A stretch of 64,000 nt of DNA, taken from contig NC_086097.1 in the NCBI RefSeq assembly GCF_963921235.1, positions 85,252,001-85,316,000 on the forward strand, read 5' to 3'. How positions within the stretch are numbered: position 1 is the stretch's first letter; every line of letters starts with the position of its first letter. The notes under the pieces were generated by a model that had not been told where the DNA came from, ran no database searches, and saw nothing but the letters and a program-made list of their open reading frames with translations. The translations under genes and the position numbers were made by a program. The DNA is from Mobula hypostoma (taxonomy: Eukaryota). This document shows positions 25,531-38,739 of this stretch, piece by piece.

Positions 25531-27002
25531 GGATGTGTATGGGACAGGTAGCAGAAAAGGAGTACCTGAGCTTGGGGGGTGGGGGGTGGGAGTGGTGTGG
25601 TGTAGACACACCCAGCCCTGAGATACCAAAAAACATCATATGATTCCAAACAATTGGTTATACTGATCATTACAGAATATCCCTCTAGTATTTCCCGCTC
25701 CCTCACCTCTCCTTTCCCATTTTCCCAACCATGATTCCCCTCTCCCCGCCCCCTTCCCACTCTCAGTCGACAGTAGAGACCAATATCAGAATCAGGGTAT
25801 GATTACTCATGAAATTAATTTCTTTTTGTGTGGCAGCAGTACAATGCAATACATAATATTACTATACTACTGTGCAAAATTCAAGCATCCTAGCTATGTT
25901 TGTATGTCTAAGGATTTTGCACAGTACTGCAGATTGATAGACAGATGTAACAGGAAATCAGATGGTTCCAATCAGAGGGAACACATTTTTGTTACTGTAC
26001 ATTGGGAAGATTTGTAGTTACCCAGAGGTCAGAACGTGAATAAAATCAGTGCAAGATACAACCTAAGAATTGGCAACAAAAAAGAACAGAAATAAAAGGA
26101 ACACCAGCTAATAAAAGGCTCGTGCTGATGTTAGGAAAATCTGAATATTTCACAAGTTGAAATTCCTTTGCACAATGTAATTATTGAAGATGTTAAGCTT
26201 TTGTATACTGTTCTTTTGTCCATTATTTTAACTGAGAAGTTTATTCATGTAAAATAACTGGGTTAAAATGTCATTATAGCAAACGAAGACATCTAAATCA
26301 TTAAGCCATTCATTACCAGAGTCACACAGAATGATTTGAATGCATTAACTGCTTGAGTCCCACCTTCCCAATGACACCATAACAATAATGTTATAGAACT
26401 GGTGGGCAGGAAGGATAAAGAAAAAGTAGAAAATAGCAAACTACAGTTCCAACAGGGATATATCAGAAAGCACATTATCTGTTCTCTTCAAACAAAACAA
26501 AGCTGTTAGTTCCAAGACTACCTAAATCTGAAAAAGGCAATTTATGTCACTGGGATTATCATCTCTAAAGATTGAGTCTTTTGCATCATTATTTTATTTT
26601 GGTCCCAATATTAATCAGTCTCTAAGCTTCTGCATTGGTGTGCTTTATTTCAATACAGATTTAATTAGTCTGTCTTATTGATGTGTATTTTGAATGCACA
26701 TTTCACTTTTAGTAATGATGGGCAGTTAAAATCAAATCTGAGATAAGTGCCTGAAGACGGAAAATAACCATGACACTTCAATGCCATTATGGAAAGCTGA
26801 CTGATGGTTTACTTCATATAAGTTAACTGGCTGTGAAATGTTTTCTGATACCAGACACACAGAAGTAAGTTACAATGCTGCTGCCAAGGTTGATAGTAGC
26901 CGTGGAAAACATTTTAAAAATCTTGTCCAGTGTCTGGGTTAGGCATAGGTTTTCTTGCCTGGAGTTTACGCTCAGTCCAGATCAATATAGCGAGAGTATT
27001 TT

Positions 27003-27212
27003 ATCCCGCCGCTGCCTGTAAGGAGTTTTTATGTTCTAACCGTGCCTACGTGGGTTTCCTTCTGAATTCCTCCCACAGTCCAAAGACGTACAAGCTGGTT
27101 GGTTAATTGGTCATTGTAAATTGTCCCATGATTAGGCTAGGAGTAAACTGGGGATTTCTGGGCAGCACGGCTCGAAGGGCCAAAAGGGCCTATTCCACAC
27201 TGTATCTCAATA
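27003..27212 (+). mobile_element. V-SINE (5' truncated)
   Basis: Same family as 9590-9800 and 53800-54072. Confidence 0.75.
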
Positions 27213-28159
27213 AAACAAAACATACGTCTCTGTACAATTGATTCAGCTATTCCTAACTCCAGCTCATGGTGGCTGCAAGCCCAAACCACGTGGCAAGCTC
27301 ATGTTGGCAAATGCAGCAGGAATTTTGAGCACAGAATGTCTCCCTGTTGGCATGAATGCTCCTTCTTCTCCTTTACTCTCAATAGCATTGAACTGAAAGC
27401 TCTTCGCGCAATGGCTTCTCCTGACTTCTTCATTCCTTTGAACTTCTTCATACTTTGGTATTTTTGCCTCACTCAGATATCGGTGGAGTGAACTAAGGAA
27501 TTAATTCATGTACTGAAGTATTGAAGTAGAAGTCCAGGACAGTAAGCTATTCGTTAATAGAATCACACAAAATAATCTGAATGCATTAACTGTTTGAGTT
27601 TCTCCTTCATTCCACAACTTGCAAAATCATGTTCTTTACCTTTTATTAGGAAAGTTAAGGAAAAATTGATAATCCGCTAAAAACTCACACTCACTTTGTT
27701 TTTAGTTGATTAAAGATCTTTGGACTTCAAAGCATCCAAATACAAAAAAATTGACAAGGTCACACATCATTAGGTTAGATTCTGGAGACTCAATGGGAAA
27801 ACACGATTCAAGTCTCTCTCAAAATGTATTATTATTTTGTTACTTTACTGTTTGAGTTTATCCTTCAGTCTTCCAAGTACCAACATAACTTTTCCCTCCT
27901 GTGTAACACGTCTATTTAAAGAAGAATTTATTCAAGGAGTGTGAGGGCTCTGGCAGACCAGCACTTATGCCCCACTTGGCTTGAAGAAGGTCACTTCATA
28001 ACCCTGGCGTAATAGAGATTTGACCAGCAGCCAACCTTGACATCAGAAGTCTGGAGAGGAGGAGACTTCAATAAGGTCCACAGCCCAAGGATAAAAGACA
28101 GCAGCAGCAGATTGTGGCAGTGTAATAGAGTTTTTACCAGTCACCAATCACCATCTGGG

Positions 28160-31100
28160 ATTGACTAGTGAAGGTAAATTAAAGGAAGGCAGGGACAAGC
28201 GCAGCAGCCATCATCTGAGTGGACATATCTTGAAGCTTCAGCTCTTCGATGATTTAGTCAGAGAAAGCAAAGGAAAGAAAACATCAACTTTTTTTCATTC
28301 TATTTCTATCTGCTCAGCTAGGGACAGTAGGGATGACAGGCAGGATAGTGAAATGCTCTTCTTGCAGGATGTGGGAAGGCAGGGAGACCTTCAGTGTCCC
28401 TGATGACTACAACTGCGAGAAGTGCATCCAGCTGCAGCTTCTAACAAACTGTGTTAAGGATTTGGAGCTGGAACTGGATGAACTCTGGATCACTCAGGAG
28501 GCTGAATGGTTATAGATAAGACATAGTGTATAGAAAGGTAGTTACACCCAAGGTGCAGGTCACAGGAAACTGGGTAAGAGTCAGGAAGGAGAAAGGGGTT
28601 AACGAGCCAGTGCAGAGTACCTCTATGGCCATACCCCTCAGCAACAAGTATGTTACTTTGGATACTGTTGGGGGGATGACCTAACAGAGGAGAGACACAG
28701 TCGTTGGGTCTCTGGCAGTGAGTCTGCCACTGAGATTCGGAAGGGAAGGGGGGAGAAGAGGCACGCTATGGTGATAGGGGATTTGTTAGGGGATCAAGTC
28801 CTCAGTATTTTTAAGTGGGAGGGTGAACAGCCAGAAGTCATGGTCCATGTAGGTACCAATGATATGGGTAGGACAAGTGATGAGGAGCCCCCAGGATTGT
28901 GGTCTCAGGACCGCTAACCATGCCATATGCTCATGAGGCTAGAACTAGGAAGATTATATAGTTTAATACGTGGCTAAGGAGTTGGTGTAGGGGGGAGGGC
29001 TTCACATTTTTGGATCATTGGGCTCTCCTCTAGGGAAGTTGGGAACTGTACAGAAGAGACAGTTTGCACCTGAACTGGAGGGTGACTAATATACTAGTGG
29101 GAAGGTTTGTTAAACTAGAGTTGCAGAGGGATGGGAACCAGAGTGCCAGAACAGTTAGTGGAGAGGTTGTGGAGGCAGGTATTAGTAAGAACTCAGACAA
29201 AGTGAAGAATCACCAGATTGAGCGCGGTGTGACTAGTGTCCTAAGCTGCCTAAACTTCAGTGCAAGGAGTAGCACAGGAAAGGCAGATAATAGTGCTGAC
29301 GATGAGGTAGATGGTTTCCAAACAGAGACAATATGTAGTGACGAGAGGCTGATAACAGGCAAAATTACAGTGAACAGGATGAGCTGCAACTTAAAAGGAA
29401 GACAAAATTGAAAAGGTTAAATACAGGACAAAAGGTGTTATATCTGAATACGTGCAGTATACTGAATCAGGTTGATGAACTTGCAACATAGTTGTAGATT
29501 GGCAGGTGCAAAGGGACTTTGTGAAAGACTCCCAAAAGGTTAATTCATGGGTTGAGTCTATGGTAAAGAAGGCAAATGCAATGTTGGCAATTATTTCAAG
29601 GGGAAATAGAATATACAAACAAGGAAATAATAATGAAGCTTTATAAAACACTAGTCAGGCTGCTCTTGGAATATTGTCAAGAGCAGTTTTAGTCCTCCTA
29701 TCTCAGAAAGGATGTATTGTCATTGGAGGGAGTCCAGAGAAGATTTGTGAGGATGATTCTGGGAATGAATGGGGTTAACATATGAGGAGTGGTTAGCAGC
29801 TTTGGGCCTGTACTCACTGGAATTTAGAGGAATGCAGGGGGATCTCATTCAAACCTACAGAATGTTGAAAGGTAGAGGATTAACTTCTGGATCAAGTGTT
29901 ATGCAATGAACCAGAATTGATTAGAGAGCTTAAGGTAAAAGAACCCTTGGGGGAAAGTGATCATAATATGATTGAGTTCACCCTGAAATTTGAGAAGGAG
30001 AAGCTAAAGTCAGATGCATCAGTATTATAGTGGAATAAAGGGAATTACAGAGGCATGAGAGAAGAGTTGGCCAGAATCAATTGGAAAAGAACACTGGCAA
30101 GGATGACGGCAGAGCAGCAACGGCTGGAATTTCTGGAAGCTATTCAGAAGGCTCACGATATATACATCCCAAAGAGGAAGAAGTATTCTAAGGGAAAGAT
30201 AACACAACAGTGGCTAGGAAGAGAAGTCAAAGGCAACATAAAAGCCAAGGAGATGGCATATAACAGAGCAAAATTTAGGGGGAAGTTAGTGAATTGGGAA
30301 GCTTTCAAATACCAACAGATGGCAACTAAGAAGTCACTATGAAAGTAAAAGTTGACTTCAAAAGTAAGTTAACCAACAATATTAAAGAGGGCACCAAAAG
30401 TTTCTTCAGATAGATAAAGTGTGAGGCGGGAATGGATATCGGACCGCTGAAAAACAATGCTGGAGAGATAGTAATGGGAGACAACAAAACGGTGGACGAA
30501 CTAAGTAAGTATTTTGCATCAGTCTTCACTGTGGAAGACACTAGCAGTATAGTGGAAGTTCCAGGAGTCAGGGGGCATGAAGTGTGTGAAGATACCATAA
30601 CTCAAGAGAAGGTTCTTGGGAAAATGAAAGGTCTGAAGGTAGATAAGTCGCTTGGACCAGATGGCATACATCAAAGAGTTCTGAAAGAGGTGGTTGAAGA
30701 AATCGTGGAGGCCTGAGTTATGATCTTCCAAGAATCACTAGATTCTGGAATGGTTCTGGAAGACTGGAAAATTGCATATGTCACTCAACAACAAGAAGAT
30801 GTTGGAGTCAATTATTAAGGGTGAGACCTCAGGGTACTTAGACGCATATGATAAAATAGGCCATAGTTAGCATGGTTTCCTCAAGGGAAAATCTTGCCTG
30901 ACAAATTTGTTGAAATTCTTTGAAGAAATAACAAGCAGGATAGATAAAGGAGAATTGGCAGATAAATGTGTGGTTAAGAAGCTGGTGCAGGGGTCAGGGC
31001 TTCAGGTTCTTGGATCATTGGGATCTCTTCTGGGGGAGGTATGACCTGTACAAAAGTGATGGGTTGTACCTGAACCAGAGGGGGACCAATATTTTCGAGG

Positions 31101-32626
31101 GCAGGTTTGTTAGAGCCGTCGGGGAGGGTTTAAACAAATTTGGCAGAGGGATGGGAACTGGAATGAAAGGACGCAGGATATGATGGATGGTAAAAAAGCA
31201 AAGACAGCATGCAGTCAGACTGTCAGGAAGGGTATTCAGATTATAGGACATCGGTTGATGTCGTGTACTTGGATTTTCAGAAGGCCTTTGACAAGGTGCC
31301 ACACATGAGGCTGCTTAATAAGCTACGAGCCCATGGAATTACAGGAAAGATTCTAGCACAAATAAAGCAGTGACTGATTAGCAGGAGGCAAAGAGTAGGA
31401 ATAAAAGGAGCCTTTTCTGGCTGGCTGTGGTGACTAGTGGTGTTCCACAGGGGTCTGTGCTGGAAATGATTCTTTTTATGTTATATGTCAATGATTTGGA
31501 TGATGGAATTGATGGCTTTGTTGAAATGTTTACAGATGAAATGAAGGTAGATGGAGGGGCACATTGTTTGAGGAAGTAGAGAGGCTACTGAAGGCAGATT
31601 AGGAGAATGGGCAAAGAAATGGCAGGTGGAATACAGTGTTGGGAAGTGTGTGATCATGCACTTTGGTAGAAGAAATGTCTATTTTCTAAATGGAGAGAAA
31701 ATACAAATAATTGAGGTGCCAAAGGGACTTGGGAGTCATTGTGCAGGATTCCCTAAAGGTTAATTTGCAGATTGAGTCTGTGGTGAGGAAGCCAAATGCA
31801 ATATTAGCATTCATTTCAAGAGGACTAGAATATAAAAGCAAGGATGTAATGTTGAAACTTTATGAAGCACTGGTGAGGCCTCACAGGGTATTGTGATCAG
31901 GTTTATGTCCCTTATCTTAGAAAGTATGTGCTGAAATTGGAAAGGGTTCAAACGAGATTTACGAAAATTATTCCAGGAATGAATGGCTTGTCATATAAAG
32001 AGCTTTGATGCCTCTGGGCCTGTATTCACTAGAATTCAGTAGAGTGATGGGTGACCTCATTGAAACATATCGAATGGTAAAAGGTGTTGATAGAATGGAT
32101 GTGGAGAGGATGTTTCCTATGGTGGGAGAGTCTAAGACCAGAGGACACAACCTCAGAATAGAGGGGCGTCCTTTTAGAGAAGAAATGAGGAGGAATTTCT
32201 TTAGCCAGAGAGTGGTGAATCTGTGGAAGTTTTTGCCACTGGCAATTGTGAAGCCCAAGTCTTTATCTATATTTAAGGCAGGGATTGGTAGATTCTTGAT
32301 CTGTCAGGGCATGAAGGGCTATCGGGAGAAAGCAGGCGATTGGGGCTGAGAGGAAAATTGGATCAGCCATGATGAAATGGTGGAGCAGACTCAATGGGCC
32401 AAATGGCCTAATTCTGCTCCTATATTTATTGCCATGGGCGGCTGTGGAAGACAGGTCATTGGGCGTATTTAAGGCGGAGGTTGATAGGTTCTTGATTAGT
32501 CAGGGCGTGAAAGGTTACAGGGAGAAGGCAGGAGAATGGGGTTGACAGGGAAATGGATTAGACATGATCAAATGGCGGAGCACACTCGATGGCACTAATT
32601 CTGATCCTGTGTCTTATGGTCTTATA
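28160..32626 (+). mobile_element. CR1 LINE complex, rearranged and mosaic, with a duplicated 3' end
   Basis: ORF1 zinc-binding start VKCSSCRMWE...CEKCIQLQLL; KYFASVFTVED; LDFQKAFDKVPH; TRGHNLRIEGRPFREEMRRNFFSQRVVNLW; tail (tcttatgg). Confidence 0.9.
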
Positions 32627-34865
32627 ACTTACTGCAATCCTTCTAGTGAAGGTAATCCATTACCACCACTTAAGTTCAGAATACTAGGATTTGGACATTG
32701 CAGTGCTGAAGGGATGATGTTTCCATATGATTCTGATCTGTAATCGGAAGAATTTGAAAATAGTGGTGTTCCCACTCACTGGCTACTCCTGCCCTCCAAA
32801 GTTGTTGCGTGTGTGGGTTTGGAAGGTATAATTGAAATCCTGATGAGTTGCTGCACTACACTATGGGAGAGATGCAGACAGCAGCCACCAGTGTAGAGGA
32901 AGTGACTGTTTAAGGCAGCTGGATGATGTCCCAATGAAGTGACCTACTTTATTTTCCTTTTCTGCCATTATGCCTACTAAATGACATTGACACGCACTCA
33001 TCCAGGTTTACGGAGGCGTATCAGTCACGGACCAGGTCGGAGAAGGGAGGTTTTGGGGTGTCAGGAACTGAATAATTCACTGTAGAGTTATCAGGATCCA
33101 ACTTGCTGTTGTTTTCCTGGTCCAGCTAAGATTCTTGTATCTCCCATTACAAAGGCTCAGCTTCTGCGCATTCCACATGTTATATTTTTATAATATAATT
33201 CTACTTGCTTTGTTGATGAGATTTTGCCATCTGTCCACGTGTGCATGAGTGGAGATGTAACATAATATCGAGGCACTAGAAAATTGGCCTATACATGTCT
33301 GGTAATGAGAAAACGAGGCCAATGATATGGATTGCTCCTGGCAATCTTAAAATATTGTCTGGATCGACCTTACACTCGGCCAGAAGTTATGTAGGGAACT
33401 ACTGGCTTCTTCCAGTCTGTCTCAGAGCATTCTCCTACATGCCTGATGAAATACAGAGGTCTGAGATCCAACTGGCCTCCTGCTCTGGCTGGAACCTACT
33501 GAGGATGCACTTTACATTTGGCTCCTCAGATTTATATCTACTTGGGTGAAAGCCACAAACCCCTGCCCCACTCCACACACTCATGGTCACTGTTACAGAA
33601 TTAACTGATTTGCTTGTTTTCCTTTATTTTAATTTCTTTTTCTAACTAAAGGCTAGCTTTTAAAATGTTTTAATTAAATTTATTGCTTAAATTCTTTAAT
33701 TTTTGTCCTGCTAAACTTTAGTTGTTTCACTTATTTAAATCCACTTGAACAGCTTTGAAATGCTTTGGTTGGAATCATTTAAAGAATGGTTTAGGTGTCT
33801 TTGAAGGCAGCAAGCTGTCAAAGACCTTAAGTACATTTTGGGGATGGGACTTCAAGATCCAGTGCCTGAGACTGACTTGGAGTAGGGATCTCACTCTACC
33901 CCATGGTGATTAGGTTGGCTGGCTCGCCATAACCAGTACGGTACAGTACAAGTGAGTAGTGAGCTCAGGCAATAGATACATCCGGGACAGCCTTGCCAAT
34001 TCTTACTAGTTGTAAATAAAGGCTCTATTTGCAGTTTAAGGAGTTGTAAAATGTTGAGAATATACAGGGTGACCTGGTGGAAAAAAACTATGCTTGATTT
34101 TCCTTTAGGGCAGATGGACTTTTGAATAATTTACCTCTTTGCATCAAAGTATTCATGAATGTCTAATTATGCACAAACTGCAGAAACAGTTGCTCTGTTC
34201 TTGTTCAGAGCCAAATAAAGCAGCTGCAGTTCCATCTACTTGTCTTGTGACTTACCCAGTAAAATATGCAAACTCTACTTTGTGCTGTAACCAAACCAAG
34301 TCAAACAAGGGCTCTGAGGGAAAACTCAACATCGGCTAATGTGGTGAGTGAGGGCATTAGATTATGACACTCTCGCGGAGGGCAGACAATTCTTTCAGAA
34401 AGTCGAGTATATGTTTTGTGATGTTAAACCTTCACCCAAATGGAGAGATGTCTGTTCTGCTTGAAATCTGCAAAAGTAGCACTCGTTTGTCAGCTTCTTA
34501 GTGAATAAGCCTGCCGGGATCACCTGGGAATATAGAGGGTCTGCTTAAACTATCCATGGGATAAAATTCCGATGTTTCTGGGAATCCTTCATCATTTTAA
34601 ACTATTTTTCCTGCTTCTGTTAGAAGTCATTCCGCGATATAGTAGAAAAGGAAGAGGCTTGACAGGGTACTACTTTGGCATATTGACCATTCAAAATTTG
34701 TCCTTCCACCTGAATTCAATTCATGTCAACTTGAAGAAGATCTGCTCTGACCAGCTGGGTGAATAGGTGCTTTGTTTTGGACCTGTGTGATTCAATTCCC
34801 AGTCGCAGGTTGGAACAAACTTTGCAGTCTCAGTAATAAGGACAACTGATATGGAAAATAGAAAC

Positions 34866-35088
34866 ACAATTGATTCCTGTTAAGTGGGCACATCTGAACC
34901 AGTACATTTTGTCCCAATTAAGCGGCTGCCCCAATTATCGGAAGTTTCATGGAAATAGTTAAAAAGGTATAAATAAGACAAACTACTGTTTAACTGAGTA
35001 ACTAATTATGTATTTACTTGAAATACAGAACAGATTAGAACACTACCAATGCTATCACAGTACTATAAAATGTGTATTAGTTCCTAAT
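34866..35088. mobile_element. Probable DNA-transposon (pogo/Tigger-like) end fragment
   Basis: Starts caattgattcctgttaagtggg with internal cccaatta subrepeats and is interrupted by the LINE at 35089. The family call is from recognition only. Confidence 0.4.
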
Positions 35089-35508
35089 GGAACTCTGGAA
35101 TTTAGAAGATTGAGGGGGGATCTTATTGAAACATATAAAATCCTAAAGGGATTGGACAGGCTAGATGCAGGAAGATTGTTCCCGATGTTGGGGAAGTCCA
35201 GAACGAGGGGTCACAGTTTGAGGATAAAGGGGAAGCCTTTTAGGACCGAGATGAGGAAAAACTTCTTCACACAGAGCGTGGTGAATCTGTGGAATTCTCT
35301 GCCACAGAAAACAGTTGAGGCCAGTTCATTGGTTATATTTAAGACGGAGTTAGATATGGCCCTTGTGGCTACGGGGATCAGGGGGTATGGAGGGAAGGCT
35401 GGTACAGGGTTCTGAGTTGGATGATCAGCCATGATCATACTGAATGGCGGTGTAGGCTCGAAGGGCCGAATGGCCTACTCCTGCACCTATTTTCTATGTT
35501 TCTATGTT
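35089..35508 (+). mobile_element. Young 5'-truncated CR1 (HER1-like) LINE 3' end
   Basis: Uninterrupted frame LEFRRLRGDLIETYKILKGLDRLD...RTRGHSLRIKG...FFTQSVVNLWNSLP to the stop at 35415; tail (tttctatg)n. Confidence 0.9.
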
Positions 35509-36739
35509 TTTAATTGTTAGTGACAGAGCAATGCATCAGTGTATGGGGTGTCCAGGACGGGTTAGTACCCCTGGTGAAGGGGCTTGTCGTGTCCATTCTG
35601 GGGCAGCTCACTTACCTTTGGTCCCTACCGGACACTCAGCTTTCACCTGTGGCTCCAAGTAGCTGTTTGTGCGCAACAGCGGTCACACTGCGGTACGCTG
35701 GTTCGACAGGCAGACTAAACCAGGTGAAGGTAGCTAGCAGCCCTGGTGAGATGGAGACATGCCTGTCCCAGCATGTGAAGTCTGCTCCATCTGACTGGAG
35801 CACCAAATTGTAGATAATTTCATCCATCAGGCATAAAAGTTGAACTTGCCTTTCATGGGCAGAATGTTGAGTGCCTTTTCAAATATCTTATAATTAGTTA
35901 ACTATTTCCAAGTTATTATGCAATCTGGACATTTGAGACTTTATTTATGTTAGCCAAATGCTAGATTCAATGTGGTGAGATAAATGTGAAATGTCAGTTG
36001 GTTGGCTATGTTATCCTAAGATCACCTCACACCCACTGAGGCAAGAAGACATTCGTGGTGTGAAAACATCAGGGGAGATGCATCCTCACTCCAGTTAATT
36101 CACTCCAGTGAATGCACAATATTTACAGCTTTCAGTTCATTACAATGGGTTACTGTATCAACGGATTCTACCTCTCACGCCAGAGGCCAATTAACCAACC
36201 AACCCGTCCAACTTCGTGGTGTAAGTAAAATAGGAGCACCTGGAGCAAACACACGTCATCACAGGGAGAACTCCAAACAGATAGCACTGCAGGTGGATTG
36301 AGTTGTTAGGCAGCAGCTCTGTTGAACTCCTTGATCTTTGCTAATAATAGTTTCCTGCTGAGTACCAGAACCCTTAGCGCTAAGATGTTTCTTCGGACCC
36401 CAGGATAAATATCAAGAGCTGCAGTGATAAGGATTTCTGCCAACAACAGGTCATTAAGTGAGTAACACAGGGGAGGTTATTTAATTAGTTACACAGGAAA
36501 ATATGGACTCAACAAGAGAGGAGCAGGATTGGACTTTGACCCACCAGCCAGGGTTCATCTACTCTTCTCTGCAAGTTCACTGTAGCCCTCAGTCAGAATC
36601 AGATTTATTACTACTGGCATATGACACAAACTTTGTTGTTTTGCAGGAGCAGAAAAAACATAAAAATTTATAAATTACAAAAGATAAACATTGCAAAAGA
36701 AAAGAAATAATGAAACAGTGCTGCTGTGTTCTCCTAACC

Positions 36740-37071
36740 CAGTGGTCCCCAACCTCCGGGCTGCGGACTGATACACTGCCACGAAGCATGCAGGGGTGCA
36801 GCGGTAGCCAGAACGCATCCAGCACATCTTTAAGAAAAAAGCCAAAATAAACAAGCTAATTAATTAGGTGCTGCCTGGCACGTAAATGTCGGCCCAGATC
36901 AGAGGCGATTGCCGATTGCGTCACCTCTGATCTGGGCCGATATTTATGTGCCGGGTGGCACCTAATTAATTAGCTTGTTTATTTCGGCTTTTTTCTTAAA
37001 GGTGTGCTGGGTGCGTCCCAGCTACCGCTGCATCACTGCATTCTTCGCAACCCGGAGTTTGGGGACCACTG
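36740..37071. mobile_element. Palindromic hAT-superfamily MITE (332 bp)
   Basis: TIR CAGTGGTCCCCAA...TTGGGGACCACTG. 8-bp TSD tcctaacc/ttctagcc (6/8 match, central TA). The interior is a long inverted repeat. Confidence 0.9.
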
Positions 37072-37447
37072 TTCTAGCCTGTGGACAGATTCCAAATCTG
37101 TGTTTATCTATGGAATCTGTCCCATCCATGCTTGAGTAATCCTGACTCGCCATGGCATTCTGGTGACTTTACAAATTGTGAGTCCTCACTGGCGTACAAT
37201 GCACTTCCCTTATCTTCAATCTGCTTGGCTTCCTTTCACTGTACGTTTACAGATAACTAGCAACACTGGGGACATGGGAAGCTTCCTAGAAAAGAACATT
37301 TTCATGTGCAATTCTGTTCCATATAATTGTAACTGAAAAAAAGATATCATCCGAAATAATACAGGTGCCAGCCATGCAAGCCTCTTGCTCAGTGATAGCC
37401 CATTGTCTTGTTCTGAATTAATCATTGATATAGAAGTCTGTGTTTCA

Positions 37448-38215
37448 GAGCAACACACAAAATGCGGAGGAACTCAGCAGGTCAGGCAGCATCCATGGAA
37501 ATGAATAACTAGTCAACGTTTTGGGCTGAGACCCTTCTTCGGGACTAGAAAGGAAGGAGGAAGATACCAGAACAAGGTGGGGGGGGATGGGGAAAGAGGA
37601 CTGGCTAGAGGGTGATAGGTGAAGCCAGGCAGGTGAGAAAGCTAGAGGGTTGGAGAGGAAGAAATCTGATACAAGAGGAGAGTGGACCATTGGAGAAAGG
37701 GAAGAAGGAGAGGCACTGGGGGAGGTGATAGGCAGGTGAGGAGAAGAGATAAGGGGCCCAAGTGGGGAATAAAAGGGAAAAACATTCCCTTTTCCAGGGA
37801 AGGAAGCTGGAAAAAAATTACTGTACGGAGAAATTGACATTCATACCATCAGGCTGGAGACTACCTAGACAGAATATGAGGTGTTGCTCCTCCACCCTGA
37901 GGGTGGCCTCATTGTGGCAAATTTGGGACATGTCGGAATGGGAATGGGGATAGGAATTAAAATTGTTGGCCACTGGAAAGTTCTGCTTTCTGCAGATGGA
38001 ACAGAGGTGCTCGGCACGTTGCTGCTCCCTACTTTGGGTCTCACCAATGTAGAGGAGATGGCATCAAGACCACCGGATACAATAGGTGACCCCAACGGAT
38101 TCACAGGTGAAGTGTTGCCTCACCTGGAAGAACTGTTTGGGGCCCAGAGTGGAGGTGAGGGAGGAGGTGAATGGGCAGGTGTAGCATTTCTGTTGGTGGC
38201 AGGGGTATGTGGCAG
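37448..38215 (-). mobile_element. Penelope-like element 3' fragment
   Basis: Collinear with 39485-40286 (terminus, purine-rich UTR, degraded GIY-YIG region). Confidence 0.8.
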
Positions 38216-38739
38216 GAGGGAGAATAGTGTTTCATGCTATTTTTTAAGCTATTTTAAAAGCCGACCAAGACTATCAATGACTCTTCTTCATGTGAACTTC
38301 CACTTATATGGCATTTATGACTGTACTTTACAAATAAATACCTTTGCATACAATCACTTACCATGTAACAAAGGTGACAGCTGATAAGGCAAAGTTCAAA
38401 GTAAATTTATTAAAGTACATATATGTCACTTTACACAACTCAGAGATTCATTTTCATTAATAGAAGCAATGAAGGACTGCACGAACCGTGTGCAAAAGAC
38501 AACATCGATTTATTGGCGGATGTCATAGCAAGGACTGGCCTCAAGCGTGGTGTCACCCGTTTGCAGCTGCCCAGGAGGGAGGTGCGCTCCACCGGAGTGG
38601 TGTGGGGGTGGGCGGTGTGGCATCCAAGCTGGAGTTGGTGCTGCAGCCCAGTGTTTGCTTAAGCATTCGACTGCAGACCGCCGCAACATTCATGGACTCA
38701 AGGTCTTGGACTATATATTTTTTGTGTGACTGTATTTTG

